From Vulcanimicrobiota bacterium (lineage in GTDB: Bacteria > Vulcanimicrobiota > Xenobia > Xenobiales > JADMJV01), in assembly GCA_050250895.1 (NCBI GenBank), contig JBFWNU010000007.1, forward strand, positions 32,001 to 96,000: DNA of 64,000 nucleotides, written 5' to 3'. The notes beneath the pieces were generated by a model. The model was not told the DNA's origin. It made no database searches and saw only the letters and a list, made by a program, of their open reading frames with translations. Shown here piece after piece: positions 60,689-64,000 of the stretch (positions are counted from its first letter, which is position 1; the number at the start of each line of letters is the position of its first letter). The translations under genes and the position numbers were made by a program.

Positions 60689-62650
60689 ATGTTGGCAGCG
60701 CGCTGGTTGATCTACCTGGGAGGAGGGGTTATCGCCCTCCTCTACAGCTATTTCTCCGGCGGCACGGTGATCACCACCTCCATCTATCGACTGTTGTTCG
60801 TGTTGGCCTCGACCCTTGCCTATCTGAGCTATGTCTCTTACTTCGGCCAGGGCCGGCTACCTTTGCCCATGCGATTGGGTTTGATTTTTTGCGAGGTGGC
60901 TCTGGTGAGCCTGCTGGTGGCGCTTACCGGCGGCCTGGCCAGCCCGTTTGTCTCGCTGTTGTGGTTGCTGGTGATTCTCAATTCCGTCGATCATGGCGAG
61001 CAGCTCGGAGTGGCGGCCGCTTTGTTATGCTGTCTGGGACTGGGGGCCATGGCCCGCGGGATGGGAGTCTACTCTCCCTCGCAACTGGGCGGATTATGGT
61101 TGGGACTGGTCGCCATGGGAGCCCTGGGCTTTGTGCTCGGCGGTCGGCAAAGCGGCGGCGAAGCCAGCTACGGCGGTGATGCCAGTCGCGAGATCGACCG
61201 GGCCCACCGCATCGCTCGCCAGCAGTCACGCGAGCGTAAGGTTCGCGAAGAGCAGCTGTACTACGAGCGACGACGATTCGAGGGCCTGGTCGAGGTGGCT
61301 AATAGCCTGGCCAGTCTGCGCACCCGCGACGAGTTGCTCAGCCAGATTGTCGAGCGCGCGCTCGAGCAGATGGAAGTCGAGGCTTCGGCGGTGTTGCTGC
61401 TCGACGAAGAGAACCACCTGGTCGTCAGCGAGGCGCGGGGGGTCAGTATTCCCACCCGCCAGCGCCTGGAGGGCCCCGTGGGGGAATGTTTCCTCGGGCG
61501 AGTGCTTCAGACCGGAGACATCCTGACGTTCGACGAGAGCCAGACTCACGAGGTGCTGCATCACTATGGTGAACTGGGCGCCTTCTCCGAGGTGGTGCGT
61601 GGCTCGCACCAGGCCCTCAATCAGGGTTTCACCAATCGGGGCGAGACTTTTCGCAACTTCATCGTGGTGCCGCTCTTTACGTCTCAGGACCGCTTTTCGT
61701 TTGGTTTGCTCTTTGTGGCCAATCTGCGCTCGCGTGACTGTTACTCTTCCAATGATGTCGGCTACCTCCGGATTTTGGCCACCAACGCCGCCATCGCGCT
61801 GCGCAATCTCGAGGCCAAATCGCGCATTGAGCAGACGCACTTTGAGATGATCCAGGCCCTGGCCCAGGCCATCGAAGCCAAGGACCTTTACACCAGCAAC
61901 CACGTCGGACGCGTGCGTGATCTTTCGGTTCGCATCGCCGAGGTGATGGGATTGGCCCGGGAAGAGGTGCGCGAGATCGGGATCGCGGCCACCCTCCATG
62001 ATGTTGGCAAGATCTCGACCCCCGATCGCATTCTCTCTAAACCTGGGGCGCTCGATGCCGAGGAATACGAGACGATGAAGGCTCACGCCGAGAACGGAGC
62101 CAACATTCTCAAGAACATCAAGAGCCTGCCCCCGTCCGTCCATCGTATGGTGCTGCACCACCACGAGCGTTGGGACGGCAAAGGTTATCCTCGCGGCCTG
62201 GTCGGCGACCAGATCCCCCTGGGAGCCCAGATCATCTCGGTGGCTGACTGCTACGACGCCATGACCTGGGACCGTCCGTATCGCCGAGGCTTCTCCAAGG
62301 AGGAGGCTCTCAAGCGCATGGAACATGGCTGCGGCACCCAGTTCAACTCGAAGATCCTGTGTGCTTTCTTTGCGATGTGTGGCTATCAGCCACGTCACTC
62401 TCCCGAGGCGGTTGCTTCCTTCGCCCAGACGAGCCAATCGTTGCAATTGGAGCGGCCGCCCACGTTCAGTTTTGCCACAATGTCCGAGGTTCCCGAAATC
62501 GGGGTTTATCCTGGATTTCAGGAAGGTGGCACGCCGGCCGCCTCGGCCGGGCGCGCAAATGCGGGCTCGACGAAGGAAAAGCGCCGGGTTCTTCAAATCG
62601 AAACCAAAAAGCCCTCGGTCCTACATATCGAACCCGACAAGGAGTCTTGA
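60689..62650 (+). CDS. Membrane GAF + HD-GYP cyclic dinucleotide phosphodiesterase
   Basis: N-terminal TM helices, GAF-like region, LHDVGKI, HHERWDGKGYP. Confidence 0.92.
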   Translation: MLAARWLIYLGGGVIALLYSYFSGGTVITTSIYRLLFVLASTLAYLSYVSYFGQGRLPLPMRLGLIFCEVALVSLLVALTGGLASPFVSLLWLLVILNSVDHGEQLGVAAALLCCLGLGAMARGMGVYSPSQLGGLWLGLVAMGALGFVLGGRQSGGEASYGGDASREIDRAHRIARQQSRERKVREEQLYYERRRFEGLVEVANSLASLRTRDELLSQIVERALEQMEVEASAVLLLDEENHLVVSEARGVSIPTRQRLEGPVGECFLGRVLQTGDILTFDESQTHEVLHHYGELGAFSEVVRGSHQALNQGFTNRGETFRNFIVVPLFTSQDRFSFGLLFVANLRSRDCYSSNDVGYLRILATNAAIALRNLEAKSRIEQTHFEMIQALAQAIEAKDLYTSNHVGRVRDLSVRIAEVMGLAREEVREIGIAATLHDVGKISTPDRILSKPGALDAEEYETMKAHAENGANILKNIKSLPPSVHRMVLHHHERWDGKGYPRGLVGDQIPLGAQIISVADCYDAMTWDRPYRRGFSKEEALKRMEHGCGTQFNSKILCAFFAMCGYQPRHSPEAVASFAQTSQSLQLERPPTFSFATMSEVPEIGVYPGFQEGGTPAASAGRANAGSTKEKRRVLQIETKKPSVLHIEPDKES

Positions 62651-63630
62651 ACGTGAGTTTCGAGCAGAACATACCAGACCAGCTTCTCCAGGCCCTTCGC
62701 GCTAGTCGAAGGGTATTGCTGGCTGCCCACATTGGTCTCGACGGTGACCATCTCGGCTCGATGCTCGCCCTTCGTAAGGCGCTCGAGATCCTGGGGAAAG
62801 AAGTGGTGGCCTATCTGCCCGAAACGGTCCCGCCCAACTATCATTTCTTGCTCGACCTCGACAAGCTTTCGCCAGAATTGCCCGGCCACGACTTCGATAC
62901 CATCATTACCCTCGAGTGCCCTAACGTAGCCCGACTGCCGGCCGGGGTCGAGGTCAAGTCGACCCCCGCCACCGTGATCAATCTCGATCATCATCCCGAC
63001 AACGAGATGTATGGTCAGCACATCTGGGTCGAGCCCCAGGCGGCTGCTCTAGGCGAGATGATTTGCGACCTCATCGAAAGACTCGACGTGCCGCTGGATC
63101 GGGCGATGGCTATGGGCCTCTATGTGGCCATTCTGACCGATACAGGCTCGTTTCAATACTCGCGAGTGCGCCCGGCCACCCATCGCCGGCTGGCTCGTTT
63201 GCTCGAGTTCAATTTGCCAACCGATCTGATCGCTCGTTCGATCTACCGTCAAAGCCGGCCCGAAGTGCTCAAGTTGCTCGGGCATGTGCTCACCGACGTA
63301 AGCGTTACCGACAACGGCCAGGTTGCCTGGGCCGAGATCCCTTTCGAGCGGATGCAATCGTATGGGGTCCGGCCCGAAGATACACAGTTTTTCATCGATG
63401 ATGTGGATCGGGTGGCCGGTCCCGAGGTGGTCACGCTCTTTCGCGAACTCGGCGACGGGCGCATCAAGGTCAGTCTTCGTTCCAAGGACGCGCCGATCAA
63501 CGCCGTGGCGGCCAAGTTCGGCGGGGGAGGGCACGCCAAAGCCGCCGGTTGCGTGGTCAAAGGCGACTTGAGCGAAGTGCGGGCCATGGTGGTGGAGGCG
63601 GTCACCGAAAGTCTGCGGGTAAATGCCTGA
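62647..63630 (+). CDS. nrnA: DHH/DHHA1 oligoribonuclease/PAP phosphatase
   Basis: DGDHLGS, DHH, TDTGSF, GGGGHAKAAG. Confidence 0.9.
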   Translation: MNVSFEQNIPDQLLQALRASRRVLLAAHIGLDGDHLGSMLALRKALEILGKEVVAYLPETVPPNYHFLLDLDKLSPELPGHDFDTIITLECPNVARLPAGVEVKSTPATVINLDHHPDNEMYGQHIWVEPQAAALGEMICDLIERLDVPLDRAMAMGLYVAILTDTGSFQYSRVRPATHRRLARLLEFNLPTDLIARSIYRQSRPEVLKLLGHVLTDVSVTDNGQVAWAEIPFERMQSYGVRPEDTQFFIDDVDRVAGPEVVTLFRELGDGRIKVSLRSKDAPINAVAAKFGGGGHAKAAGCVVKGDLSEVRAMVVEAVTESLRVNA

Positions 63631-64000
63631 GAACCCTACGTTCGCCATTCATACCCTCGGTTGCCGCGCCAATCAGGCCGAGTCCGAGCGAATGCGCGAT
63701 ATCCTCGTCTCGGCCGGCTTTGCCGAGGTAGCCTTCGGGCAACCTGCCGACTGCCAGGTGGTCAATACCTGCACCGTTACCCGCGAAGCCGACCGCAAGT
63801 CGCGCCAGATGATCCGTCGGGCTCTGCGGTTAAGCCCGACCGTAGTGGCCACTGGTTGTGCCGTGGCCGACCGGGGCGGAGTCAAGAATCTGCCGGGCAC
63901 GGCCCTGCGCTTGCCCCCGGAGCGGACCGAAGAGTTGTTGAGCTTGCTCGGTGCCGAGCGTTGTCCGGCCACCGAACTCGTCGAGAGAGAGACGCTGGCG
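63623..64000 (+). CDS. mtaB: tRNA methylthiotransferase, MtaB-like (3'-truncated)
   Basis: HTLGCRANQAES, VNTCTVTREADRKSRQ, VATGC. Confidence 0.8.
   Translation, partial: MPENPTFAIHTLGCRANQAESERMRDILVSAGFAEVAFGQPADCQVVNTCTVTREADRKSRQMIRRALRLSPTVVATGCAVADRGGVKNLPGTALRLPPERTEELLSLLGAERCPATELVERETLA

Overview
High-GC bacterial chromosomal window, mostly core genes. Translation and tRNA: leuS, cysS, rlmB, asnS, gatCA, der, miaE, partial mtaB, 6 tRNAs, secE-nusG-rplK-rplA. Other recognisable genes: sigH, yebC-ruvC-ruvA, cmk/plsC/plsY, fumC, ggt, sfsA, pcm, an M16 peptidase pair, three PilT-family ATPases, TetR-TolC, a CotH/DUF4956/VTC trio, HD-GYP and a DHH phosphoesterase. Firmicute-like genes (SigH) together with an outer-membrane TolC suggest a diderm Terrabacteria lineage such as Ca. 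Eremiobacterota (inference only). No integrase, transposase, rRNA or CRISPR array was seen. The most unusual elements are: (1) a three-gene unit after tRNA-Ala, made of a Cys-rich 97-aa protein, an RRE-like-fused radical SAM/SPASM enzyme with all three AuxI cysteines replaced by Ser, and a LysW-like zinc ribbon; (2) a nearly uncharged G/F/Q-rich protein with eight 17-aa His-containing repeats, lying directly upstream of a 2221-aa STAND/NACHT-TPR protein with a triplicated unknown N-terminal domain; (3) an array of short-loop hairpins with fixed 9-nt linkers between gatA and pilT; (4) a tandem MITE/REP-like element before tRNA-Ala. All product calls come from recognising motifs by eye; no database searches were run.
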